Shown here: positions 1 through 12,700 of the stretch, piece by piece
Layout of the letters: the number at the start of each line of letters is the position of its first letter
Numbering within the stretch: the first letter of the stretch is position 1
From: Felis catus
Lineage: Eukaryota
NCBI RefSeq assembly: GCF_018350175.1
Contig: NC_058368.1
Span: 210,678,001 to 210,738,000 of the forward strand
Direction of reading: 5' to 3'
Length of the DNA: 60,000 nt
Made by a program: the position numbers and the translations under genes
Notes under the pieces: generated by a model
What the model was told of the DNA's origin: nothing
What the model saw: only the letters and a program-made list of their open reading frames with translations
Database searches by the model: none

Positions 1-3000
1 GAGATAAAGCAACCAAAGTCATAACAACAGAGAGCAAATAACACACGCCTGAAGGGCCAGGCCCTGGACAGTGTATGACCCTTCTTTAAGAAAGTAGTGC
101 TGGGGCGCCTGGGTGGCTCAGTTGGTTAAGCGTCCGACTTCGGCTCAGGTCATGATCACATGGTTCGTGAGTTCGAGCCCTGCATTGGGCTCTGTGCTGA
201 CAGCTCAGAGCCTGGAACCTGCTTTGGATTCTGTGTCTCCCTCTCTCTCTGCCCCTCCCCCACTCACACTCTGTTTCTCTCTCTCTCTCTCTCTCAAAAA
301 TAAATAAACATTAAAAAAACAAAGTAGTGCTCACTGGTGCAGGGCAAATAGCAAGATTTAAAACACATAAGGGACAGAAAACTAGTCAAAATGATGAAAC
401 AGAAGAATTCTCCTCAAAAGAAATTCCAGGAAGAAATGACAGCTAAATAATTGCTCAAAACAAATATAAACAATATAACTGAAAAAGATTTTAGAATAAT
501 AGTCATAAAATTAATATCTGGGCTTGAAAAAAGCATAGAAGACAGCAGAGAATCTATTGCTGCAGAGATCAGGAACTAAAAAATACTTATGTTGAATTAA
601 ATAATGTTGTAAATGAGGTGCAAAATAAACTAGAGGTGGTCACCATGAGGATTGAAGAGGCAGAGGGGAGAATAAGTGAAACAGAAGATAAAATTATGGA
701 AAAAGATGAAGCTGAAAAAGGGTAGATAAAAAAAATTCTAGACCACGAGGGGAGAATTAGAGAACTAAGTGATTCAATGAAATGTAATAATATCTATATC
801 ATAGGAGTTCCAGAAGAAGAGGAAGAGAGAGAGAAAGGGACAGAAAGTGTACTTGAACAAATCATAGCTGAGAACTTCCCCAATCTGGGGAAGGAAACAG
901 ACACTGAAATCCGGAAGGCACAGAGAACACCCTTCAGACATAACAGGAATTGATCTTCTGCATGACAAACCATAGTGAAACTGGCAAAATACAAAGACAA
1001 AGAGGGAATTCTGAAAGCAGCTAGGGACAAACGGGCCTTAACCTACAAAGGTAGGCATATAAGGGTAGTAGCAGACCTATCTAATGAAACTTGGCAGGCC
1101 AGAAGTGAGTGGCAGGAAATATTCAATATGCTGAATAGGAAAAATATACAGCCAAGGATTCTTTATCCAGCAAAGCTGTCATTCAGAATAGGAGAGATAA
1201 AGTTTTCCCAGAGAAACAAAAACTAAAGGAGTTCATCACCAACTAAACCAGCCCTACAAGATATCCGAAGGAGGACTCTGTGAATGGAATGTTGCAAAGA
1301 CCACAAAGACCAGAGACATCACTACAAGCATGAAGCCTACAGATAACACAATGACTCTAAATCCATACCTTTAAAATAATAACATTCAATGTAAATGGAC
1401 TAAATGCTCCAATAAAAAGACATAAGGTATCAGAATGGATAAAAAAACAAGACCCATCTATTTTCTGTCTACAAGAGACTCATTTTAGACCTGAGGGCAC
1501 CTTCAGATTGAAACTGAGGGGACCATCTATCATGATACTGGAAGTCAAAAGGAAGCCAGAGTAGCCATACTTATAAAAGACAAATTAGATTCTAAACTAA
1601 AGGCTGTAACAAGAGATGAAGAAGAGCATATATCATAATTGTGGGGTCTATCCATCAAGAAGAGCTAACCATTACAAATGTTTATGCACCCAATTCAGAG
1701 ACACTCAAATATATAAAACAATTAGTCACAAACATAAGCAACCTTATTGATAAGAATGTGGTAATTGTAGGGGACTTTAATACTTCACTTACAACAATGG
1801 ACAGATCATCTAGGCAGAAAATCAAGAAATAAACAATGGTCCTGAATGATACACTGGACCAGATGGACTTGACATATATTCAGAGTTTTTCATCCTAAAG
1901 AAGCAGAATACACATTCTTCTCAAGTGCACATGGAACATTCTCCAAGATAGATCACATACTGGCTCACAAAAGAATTGAGATCATACTGTGCATATTTTC
2001 AGATCACAATGCTATGAAACTTGAAATCAACCACAGGAAAAAGTTTGGAAAACCTCAAAATGCACAGAGGTTAAAGAACATCCTACTAAAGAATGAATGG
2101 GTCAATCAGGAAATTAAAGAAGAAATTTTAAAATGTATGGAAACAAATGAAAATGAAAACATGACAGTCCAAACCCTCTGGGATGCAGCAAAGGCAGTTC
2201 TAAGAGGAAAATACATTGCAATCCAGGCCTATATCAACAAACAAGAAAAATCCGAAATACAAAATCTAATGACACACCTGAAAGAACTAGAAGCAGAAAC
2301 TCCAAGGCCAGCAGAAGAATAGAAATAATAAAGATCAGAGCAGAAAGAAACAACATATAATCCAAACAAAACAAAACAAAACAAAACAGGAGAACAGATT
2401 AATGAAACTAAGAGCTTGTTTTTTGAGAAAATAAACACAGTTGATAAACACCTAGCCAGACTTCTCAAAAAGAAGAGAGAGGACCCAAATAGATAAAATT
2501 ACGAATGAAAAAGGACTTATCACAACTAATCCATCAGAAATACAAACAATTATCAGAGAATACTATGAAAAATTAGATGCTAACAAACTGGACAACCTGG
2601 AGGAAATGGACAAATTACTAGACACTCACACACTACCAGAACTCAAATGGAAGAAATAGAAAATTTGAACAGACCCATAACTAGTGAAGAAATTGAATCA
2701 GTTATCAAAAATCTCCTAACAAATAAGAGTCCTGGACCAGATGTCTTCCCAGGGGAATTGTACCAAACATTTAAAGCAGAGTTAATACCTATCTTTCTCA
2801 AGCTGTTCCAAAAAATTGAAATGGATGGAAAGCTTCCAGACTCATTGTATGAATCCAGCATTATTTTGATTCCCAAACCAGACAGAGACCCAGCAAAAAA
2901 AGAGAACTACAGGCAAATATCCCTGATGAATATAGATGAAAAAATTCTCAATGAGATACTAGCAAATCGAATTCAACAGCATATAAAAAGAATTATTCAC

Positions 3001-5429
3001 CATGATCAAGTGGGATTCATTCCTAGGCTACAGGGCTGGTTCAATATTTGCAAATCAATCAATATGATACATCACATTAATAAAAGAATGGATAAGAACC
3101 ATATGATCCTGTCAATAGATGCAGAAAAAGCATTTGACAAAATATAGCATCCTTTCATAATAAAAACCCTCAAGAAAGTTGGGAATAGAAGGAAAATAAC
3201 ATAAACATCTTAAAAGCCATATATGAAAAGCACACAGCTAGTATCATCCTCAATGGGGAAAAAATGAGAGCTTTCGCCCTGAGATCAGGAACATGACAGG
3301 GATGTCCACTCTCACCACTGTTGTTTAACATAGTGTTGGAAGTCCTAGCATCAGCAGACAACAAAATGAAATAAAATGCATCAAAATTGGCAAAGAAGTC
3401 AAACTTTCACTTTTCTCAGATGACATGATACTCTAAATGGAAAACCCAAAGACTCCACCAAAAGGCTGCTAGAACTGATACATGAATTCAATAAAGTCTC
3501 AGGGTACAAAATCATTGTACAGAAACCAGTTGCATTTCTATACACCAATAATGAAACAATAGAAAGAGAAATCAAGAAACTGATCTCATTTACAATTTCA
3601 CCAAGAACCAAAAAATACCTAGGAATAAACCTAACCAAAGATATAAAAGATCTATATGCTTAAAACTATAGAAAACTTATGACAGAAATTTAAGAAGACA
3701 CAAAGAAATAGAAAAGCATTCTATGCTCATGGAGTGGAAGAACAAATATTGTTAAAATGTCAATATTACCCAAAGCAATCTACACATTCAATGCATCCAA
3801 TAAAAATTGCACCAGCATTCTTCTCAAAGCTAGAACAAATAATCCTAAAATTTGTATGGAACCACAAACAAACCTGAATAGCCAAAGTAATATTGAAGAA
3901 GAAAACCAAAGTGGGAGGCATGACAATCCCAGACTTTATCCTCTACTACAAAGTTGTAATCATCAAGACAGTATGGTACTGGCACAAAAACAGACACATA
4001 GTCCAATGGAATAGAATAGAGAACCCAGAATTGGGCCCACAAAGGTACAGCCAGCTAATCTTTGACATAGCAGGAAAGAGTATCCAATGGAAAAAAGACA
4101 AGTCTCTTTAGCAAATAGTGCTGGGAGAACTGGACAGCAACATGCAGAAGGTTGAAACTAGACCACTTTCTTATACCACACACAAAAATAAACTCAAAAT
4201 GGATGAAAGACCTAAATGTGAGACAGGAAACCATCAAAACCCTAGAGGAGAAAGCAGGCAACAACCTCTTTGACCTCAGCCACAGCAATTTCTTGCTCAA
4301 CACATCTCCAAAGGCAAGTGAATTAAAAGCAAAAATGAACTATTGGGACCTCACCAAGATAAAAAGCTTCTGCACTGCAAAGGTAACAATCAACAAAACT
4401 AAAAGGCAACTGAAGGAATGGGGAAAAGATATTTGCAAATGATATATTGGATAAAGGGTTAGTATCCAAGAACTTCCCAAACTCAACACCTGAAAAACAA
4501 ATAATCCAGTGAAGAAACGGACAGAAGACATGAATAGACACTTTTCCAAAGAAGACATCCAGATGGCCAACATACACATGAGAAGATTCTCAGCATCACT
4601 CATCATCAGGGAAGTACAAATCAAAACCATACTGAGATACCACCTCACATTGGTCAGAGTGGCTAAAATTAACAAATCAAGAAACAACAGATGCTGGCGA
4701 GGATGTGGAGAAATGGGAACCTTCTTGCACTGTTGGTAGGAATGCAAACTGGTACAGCTTCTCTGGAAAACAGTGTGGGGGTTCCTTAAAAAACAAAACA
4801 AAACAAAAAAACAATAGAACTACCCTACGACCCAGCAATAGCACTACTAGGAGTTTATCCAAAGGATACAGGAGTGCTGATTCATAGGGGCACATATACC
4901 CCAATGTTTATAGCAGCACTTTCAACAATAGCCAAATTATGGAAAGAGCCTAAATGTCCATCAACTGATGAATGGATAAAGATGTGGTTTATATATATAA
5001 TGGACTACTACTTGGCAATGAGAAAGAATGAAATCATGCTATTTGCAGCAACATGGATAGAACTGGAAGGTATTATGCTAAGTGAAATAAGTCAGTCAGA
5101 GAAAGATATCATATGTTTTCACTCATATGTGGAACCTGAGAAACTTAACAGAAAACCATGGGGGAAGGGAAGGGGAAAAATAATTACAAACCTAGACGGA
5201 AGGAGGCAAACCATAAGAGACTCTTAAGTACAGAGAATAAAATGAGGGTAGATGGGTGGGCGGGGAGAGGGGAAAGTGGGTGATGGGCATTGAGGAGGGC
5301 ACTTGCTGGGATGAGCACTGGGTGTTGTACGTATGCGATGAACCACAGGAATCTACCCCCAAAACCAAAAGTACACTGTACACACTGTATGTTAGCCAAT
5401 TTGACAATAAATTATATTTTAAAAAAAAA
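1..5429 (+). mobile_element. Near full-length decayed carnivore LINE-1, antisense to SPEF2; 5' end lies outside the window
   Basis: ORF1 remnant from ATG 391. Fragmented ORF2 (endonuclease [23 protein letters not shown]) with many stops and frameshifts. G-rich 3'UTR, AATAAA and A-tail at about 5406-5429. Confidence 0.95.
102..320 (+). mobile_element. CAN-SINE (SINEC_Fc-like) inserted in the L1 5' region
   Basis: ggggcgcctgggtggctcag head, (CT)n, A-tail; TSD aaagtagtgct at 91-101 and 321-331. Confidence 0.95.
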
Positions 5430-7820
5430 GTCATCTGTGAAAATTTTAGCAATGTGAAACGTTAAATGTGAACTTGTATAGGAGGGTTTACATTGATGCA
5501 ACAAGGTTTTGTCACCCATGTCTTGACTCATTGGGTTATTAGGTGATTTCTCCTTAAAAGATGGAAGTGCCCCCTCTTTCTTGCCACGACATGGCCAATG
5601 TATTTTTTTTTTAAACTTTTTCTTAAAGAGTGAGTGCTGCATTGTTTGGATCCCAGAACATCTGGCTCACTGAGCCTGCAATAACACGCATCCTCACAGA
5701 CAGAAGGTGAGCTGGGAGTTCAATATCAAAGAATCCTACACAGTGTGGCTCAGTCTCCACATGCGGTGGAGGCAAGCATGTGAGAGACAGCTGCAGGATG
5801 GCTGGGGGCTTTTATCCTTGCAGCGCCCAGCCCAGGTACACAGCCCAACCCACTTTAACTCTCTCATTCCATTTTAGACGCTGGAGAAATCAGCACACTC
5901 TTAAGTGGCTGTTGTGGCGAGCTTGCTGTTCATCAAAAGAAAAGAAAAAAGACAGAACAAAAAAGCCGAGTAGAGAGCCCTTCTGTGCTAGAGAACTCCA
6001 TTTCAGTGGTGCATGTTATGTTATTTTACTGTTCTAATGTAGCATTTTTAACACATCTCATAAAATTTTGCTCTAGAAGTGGTTTTGACTTTTCCCATAT
6101 AACTTTTGTTTTGTTTTGTTTTGTTTTTGTTTTTGTTGTATGTGTATATGCTGTATGTTTAAGCTGGCCAAGTGTTGGAAACCTGGGAAAGTCATGTGTG
6201 AAGGTCAAGTGGGTCTTCTTGTCCTGGGGCTCCTGTGCGGGGATCTGGGTGGACAGGGAGAATGCCAACCTTGGAAATCAACTGCTCCCCAGACACAGGA
6301 GGTGTTCAGATAAGTACTTCTGAGTTTCTTTCAAATGCAGCAGCCAGCTTTCTCTAAGAAATTTACACTTTTGGTAAAGGAGCTTTCTGGTTTTCGCTCA
6401 GCATTTTAGTAAAAATTGCCAACATCCTTTGTTCGCTTCACGTTGTACAAAAGGATGTTTAAATTGATATCCTGTGTTAATTGGCACAGACTATAGTGAA
6501 TATTGGTAATTTCGCAAGTGCTCACTTTTAAAAATCTTAACCCGATGATGAAAAGAGAGTAAGTTTTGTTATGCTGTTTTTGTTTTCACAAAATCATTTT
6601 TCACATGTTTTAAGCTGAACACAGTGATAGAATTCATAAATTGCTCTACTTGGGAAGAACATATATCAAAAAGCACAATCAGCTGAGCACCTGTCTTGAT
6701 CAGGAACCTCCTCTTGAAGGAACCTCCTCATATTCTAGTGTTACTTCCTCTGGCTCAACAGCATGAATGTGGGAACACCAGGATTGTCTATAAGCATGCC
6801 ATCTGTTAATTAAGGTCAAAAAGAGAACCAGGAAGGGATGTGCTCTTTCAAGATTGAAATATACATGAGATATAGGAGCGTACAGAGTATTACCCTATTT
6901 CAGAATTAGTACCTTATAAACATTTACATCTTTTGTGTCTACCAGCAATGTGCAATGGTGAGCAATAGGATGATTTCAATTAGTTGACACAAAATAAGTA
7001 ATTCAGGCCCTCTTAGTTACGGGGTTTTATTCTCCTTCATTACTAAAACTTCTAAAAAATGAATTGACTTTTCTTATCTTTACTTCCTGAAAACCATTTA
7101 GTCAATTCTCTGCAATCTGGATTCTGGACTCCCCAAAATTACTCTGGTGATGGCCACCAGGTATAAATACCATCTGCCAAGCACAATGACCAGGTATCAT
7201 GTTACTGAGTTATCCATCACTTTCCATACTTCCGTTGGGTGTCTCATCCATTCATAAACTTAACAATTGCCTACATGATAGTGACTTGCAACCCCTCCTG
7301 CATCTGCTGTTATCAGATTGGATGTTTCTGTCTGCATTTCCCACAGACATTTCAAACTCAACTTGTCAAAAAATATTTCATCATTCACCAAAAGAAAAAA
7401 AAATCTTCCCCTTTCCCTGTGTTCATATTCCTGGATAGTACTGTTGTCACTCCAAGAGTACTGGATATTGAGCATTAGACATATTAAAAGCTCTGCAGGT
7501 GATTCTAATTTACAGCCAAGTTCACTGTGTAGGAGTTGGAAGAAGGATAATGAAGTTTATGTGACTTTTTTCAGAACTCTTAGTTCCCCAAGCATCTCTG
7601 GTTTTTTCTATATCCTTTCCCTGGGGGGTGGGGGGGGGGTGGAATCTAGACTTCCACCTGGGACTTGGACAGTGTCTCTGCTGCTAACAGGTACCCAGAC
7701 ATAGACAGTCAAAGGGCAGAACACTGGCCCAAGACCTGGCATTGTGACATCAGTGAGTAATACATTTCTTAGGTCAAAAGCACCCTGGTATTATTAGTGC
7801 CACTATGTGCTGGTAGCAAC

Positions 7821-8003
7821 CTGCATATACTGCTCGAAAGTGATGGTGCCCAACTGCTCTTCATCCACAGCCTTGAACCTCTGCAGGGTCTCAAGGAGCT
7901 CTTCCTCCAGGGGGATGGGCCAAGGCATCGAGATTACTAATAGGAATTTCCGCCAGTCCACAAACGCTGAGTTAATTATTAATAAAGATGCTAACTCCTG
8001 CAA
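7821..8003 (-). CDS. SPEF2: SPEF2 coding exon (about exon 32): LQELASLLIINSAFVDWRKFLLVISMPWPIPLEEELLETLQRFKAVDEEQLGTITFEQYMQ (EF-hand-like region)
   Basis: Acceptor ttctag|ttg, donor cag|gttgct; 183 nt, phase 0/0. Later SPEF2 exons were not found and probably lie before position 1. Confidence 0.92.
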
Positions 8004-8624
8004 CTAGAAGAAAACAGGAAATGCCATTGGAATATTTGTATGATTCTCTCTTGAAGCTCTATTGCTTCCTGTTTCTTTGTAAGGCATTCAGATGAAGCAA
8101 AGAGGAGTTTATATTGGTGAATAGAGCCAGTTCTCAGGCTTGTTCCCCAATTCACACCAGACAGTCCCTAGACAGTGTTTCACTTTTTGCTTCCTTGACA
8201 TTTGGGTTTTTTGCTTACTGTTACACAACAAATTTACATGTGTGACTTGACTCCAGTGATAGTACCGTTTTGACAGTGGAAGAATAAAGATTATAGAAGT
8301 GGCTGGGAAAGGGCCCTACAGCCAGCAGGGAGATACTATAGCCATTTTGTTTTCTGATACATCCTTAAGGAACAGGGCAAGAACTGCCAGAATCATCTAC
8401 TGTTACTGGTTAGGATCATTCCTTCCTGAAGTAACAGATACAAATTCACAGGCTGAGCCTTATAGTCTCCATAATGTTTCATTGACTATTAACATCGTCA
8501 TTCATTCTTTAAATGCTAAGCACGCACACAGTACATCTTACATTCAAGTTCATTTATATATTCATTCAAGTTTTATCAATTGCCTACTAAATTTCAGACA
8601 CTGTACAAGTACTGGTGATTTTTA

Positions 8625-8869
8625 CTGTTTTTTATTCTTATTCTTATTATTTTATTTTATATTTATTTACTTATTTATTTTTTGAGACAGAGAGAGACAG
8701 AGCATGAGCAGGGGAGGGGAAGAGAGAGAGGGAGACACAGAATCTGAAGCAGGCTCCAGGCTCTGAGCTGTCAGCGTAGAGCCTGACGCAGGGCTCAAAC
8801 TCACAAACTGTGATCATGACCTGAGCTGAAGTTGGATGCTTAACTGACTGAGCCACCCAGGCGCCCTCC
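8625..8869 (-). mobile_element. CAN-SINE
   Basis: Reverse-complement consensus; TSD tactggtgattttta at 8610-8624 and 8870-8884. Confidence 0.95.
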
Positions 8870-8945
8870 TACTGGTGATTTTTAAACTATTGACTTAAAT
8901 AAGAAGAATTCTGAGTTTTGAAACTCAAACAAAATGGAAACTTAC

Positions 8946-9052
8946 TTCAGTTTGAGTGAGGTGCATCCAAATACTAGGAAAGTTGTTTGTTCCAAGGTTC
9001 AGGGTTACCAAATCCAGCAGAATGTCAGTAAATGATTTATGTCCTATTATGC
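8946..9052 (-). CDS. SPEF2: SPEF2 coding exon (about exon 31): (G)IIGHKSFTDILLDLVTLNLGTNNFPSIWMHLTQTE
   Basis: Not in the ORF track; read manually. Acceptor ttgtag|gc, donor gaa|gtaag; 107 nt, phase 1/0. Confidence 0.92.
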
Positions 9053-9760
9053 CTACAATACAATGAAAAATATTTTTTCAATTAGATTGTGTGACAGGGA
9101 TTTTGTTTCTTTTGCTAAAATAGTACCCAAATGGGTATTTGTACAATCATTTTATTCATATTATTTAAAACTGTAAACTTTAGAGAAACAGAAGACATTT
9201 TAAAATGAAAATTATAATCAATTTCCTGATAAGCTCTCATTACTGTTTCTCAGCGAAGTCAAAATGTCTTTTTTTGGCTAGGTAATAAATCATTTTAGAT
9301 TGGGCAAAATACTGAGACTTTATATTTTAATTTGGAAACTTCCTTCGACTTTGTGCTCAGAATAGGTCGAATTACAAAAGAAAAACAACTCTAGGTTTTC
9401 CTACATACAGTAGAGCACAAGAGCAAAATATTTTGGTGAGTATGGGATAAAGATGTCTCAAATACATGCAAATCATAGATTTTTTAATGTTATTTTTTAT
9501 TTTTTTAAATTTGCATCCAAATTAGTTAGAATAGATTTGTTTTTTGTCAACTCAGGGACACTTGAGTTGTTAAACTACTGGATTGGAATTTATAATTTAA
9601 TCATCTGGTTGGCTCACTATTCCAAAGTATTTCATAAAAGATCACCACACTTTAAATGCTTTGCTCTTATACACTAATCCATTTTATTCTGTCCAAAAGA
9701 AGTCTGTTTTGCCTGCCACTAATTTCAAATCACATGCACATGCATTAAAAAAGAAATAGA

Positions 9761-12700
9761 GATTTGAGGCTTCTGGGAAGATGGCGGCGTAGGAGGACGC
9801 TAAGCTCACCGCGTCCTGTGGATCACTTAGATTCCACCCACACCTGCCTAAATAACCCAGAAAATCGCCAGAAGACTAGCAGAATGGATTCTCCAGACCC
9901 AAGCGCAGACGAGAGGCCCATGGAAGAGGGTAGGAAGGGCGGAGAGGCAGTGCGCACTACACGAACTGGCAGGAGGGAGCCGGAGTGGAGGGGCAGCCTG
10001 CTGGCCAAGCAGAGCCCCGGAGTCTGGCTTGCAAAAGCAGAGGGGCTGGACAGAGTGTGTTCGGACAGTGAGCAGGACTTAACATCTGGAAGGTTATAAG
10101 TTAACAGCTCTGCTCGGAGAGTGGGAGGACTGGAGGACAACTGGAGGGAGAGTTGTTGAGCCATGGACAACAGAGCGCAGCTTGGTGGGGAACAAAGGCG
10201 CTCGCCAGTGCCATCTCCCTTGCCCATCCCCCAGCCAAAATCGCAAAGGGAACCGGTTCCTGCCAGGGAACTTCTTTGCACTGCGCAACACCCAATGCTG
10301 TGTTTCTGTGGAACCATCCCTCCGGTGGCAGGTCTGATTCCCGTCTGGTGCCGCAGGGCCCCTCCTGAAGCTGATCTACAAGGAAAAGTGAGCTGAGCCT
10401 ACCCCTCCCGCCCTTGTGCACCTTGCCGATCCACCCCAGCTAATACACCAGATCCTCAGCACCACAAGCCTGGCAATGTGCAAGTAGCCCGGATGGGCCA
10501 CGCCATTCCACAGTGAATCCTGCCCCTAGGAGAGGGGAAGAGAAGGTACACACCAGTCTGACTGTGGCCCCAGCGGTGGGCTGGGGGCCCATCAGGTATG
10601 ACTGTGGCCCCACCCACCAATGAAAGTTTTCAAGACAGCACAGGGGAAGTGCCCTGCAGTCCCACACCACTCCAGGGACTATCCAAAATGACGAAACGGA
10701 ATAATTCCTCTCAAAAAAACATCCAGGAAATAACGACAGCTAATGAACTGATCAAAAACGATTTAAACAATATAACAGAAAGTGAATTTATAACACTAGT
10801 CATAAAATTAATCGCTGGGCTTGAAAACAGTATAAAGGACAGCAGAGAATCTCTTGCTACAGAGATCAAGGGACTAAGGAACAGCCAGGAGGAGCTAAAA
10901 AATGCTATTAATGAGCTGCAAAATAAAATGGAGATGACCACAGCTCGGATTGAAGAGGCAGAGGAGAGAATAGGTGAACTAGAAGATAAAGTTATGGAAA
11001 AAGAAGAAGCTGAGAAAAAGAGAGATAAAAAAATCCAGGAGTATGAGGGGAAAATTAGAGAACTAAGTGATCCACTAAAGAGAAATAATCTATGCATAAT
11101 TGGTATTCCAGAGGAGGAAGAGAGAGGGAGAGGTGCTGAAGGTGTACTTGAAGAAATAATAGCTGAGAACTTCCCGAATCTGGGGAAGGAAAAAGGCATT
11201 GAAATTCAAGAGGCACAGAGAACTCCCTTCAGACGTAACTTGAATCGATCTCCTGCATGACGTATCATAGTGAAACTGGCAAAACACAAGGATAAAGAGA
11301 AAATTCTGAAAGCAGCTAGAGATAAACGTGCTCTAACATATAAAGGGAGACCTATAAGACTCATGACCAATCTCTCTACTGAAACTTGGCAGGCCAGAAA
11401 GGAATGGCAGGAAATCTTCAATGTGATGAACAGACAAAAAAAAATATGCAGCTGAGAATCCTTTATCCAGCAAGTCTGTCATTTAGAATAGAAGGAGAGA
11501 TAAAGGTCTTCCCAAACAAACAAAAACTGAAGGAATTCATCACCACTAAACCAGCCCTACAAGAGATCCTAAGGGGGATCCTGTGAGACAAAGTACCAGA
11601 GACATCGCTACAAGCATGAAACCTACGGACATCACAATGACTCTAAACCCATATCTTCCTATAATAACACTGAATGTAAATGGACTAAATGCGCCAACCA
11701 AAAGACATAGGGTATCAGAATGGATACAAAAACAAGACCCATCTATTTGCTGTCTGCAAGAGACTCATTTTAGACCTGAGGACACCTTCAGATTGAGAGT
11801 GAGGGGATGGAGAACTATTTATCATGCTACTGGAAGTCAAAGAAAGCTGGAGTAGCCACACTTATATCAGACAAACTAGACTTTAAATTAAAGGCTGTAA
11901 CAAGAGATGAAGAAGGACATTATATAATAATTACAGGGTCTATCCATCAAGAAGAACTAACAATTATAAATGTCTATGCACTGAATACGGGAGCCCCCAA
12001 ATACACAAAACAATTACTCACAAACATAAGCAACCTTATTGATAAGAATGTGGTAATTGCAGGGGACTTTAACACCCCACTCACAGCAATGGATAGATCA
12101 TCTAGACACACAGTCAATAAAGAAACAAGGGCCCTGAATGATACATTGGATCAGATGGACTTGACAGATATATTTAGAACTCTGCATCCCAAAGCAACAG
12201 AATATACTTTCTTCTCGAGTGCACATGGAACATTCTCCAAGATAGATCACATACTGGGTCACAAAACGGCCCTTCATAAGTATATAAGAATTGAAATCAT
12301 ACCATGCATACTTTCAGACCACAATGCTATGAAGCTTGAAATCAACCACAGGAAAAAGTCTGGAAAACCTCCAAAAGCATGGAGGTTAAAGAACACCCCA
12401 CTAAAGAATGAATGGGTCAACCAGGCAATTAGAGAAGAAATTAAAAAATATATGGAAACAAACGAAAATGAAAATACAACAATCCAAACGCTTTGGGATG
12501 CAGCGAAGGCAGTCCTGAGAGAAAAATACATTGCAATCCAGACCTATCTCAAGAAACAAGAAAAATCCCAAATACAAAATCTAACAGCACACCTAAAGGA
12601 ACTAGAAGCAGAACAGCAAAGGCAGCCTAAACCCAGCAGAAGAAGAGAAATCATAAAGATCAGAGCAGAAATAAACAATATAGAATCTAAAAAAACTGTA

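Noticed and set aside
113..307. Recurring MAQ(L/S)VK(R/H)PTSAQVMI-type ORFs and tRNA-like sequence
   Set aside because: These are translations of tRNA-derived CAN-SINEs, not genes or real tRNAs.
5780..6323. Plus-strand ORFs with an AG-acceptor-like site
   Set aside because: No recognisable protein and no partner exons. The next SPEF2 exon (AGLWF-like) was not found in 5430-7820 either.
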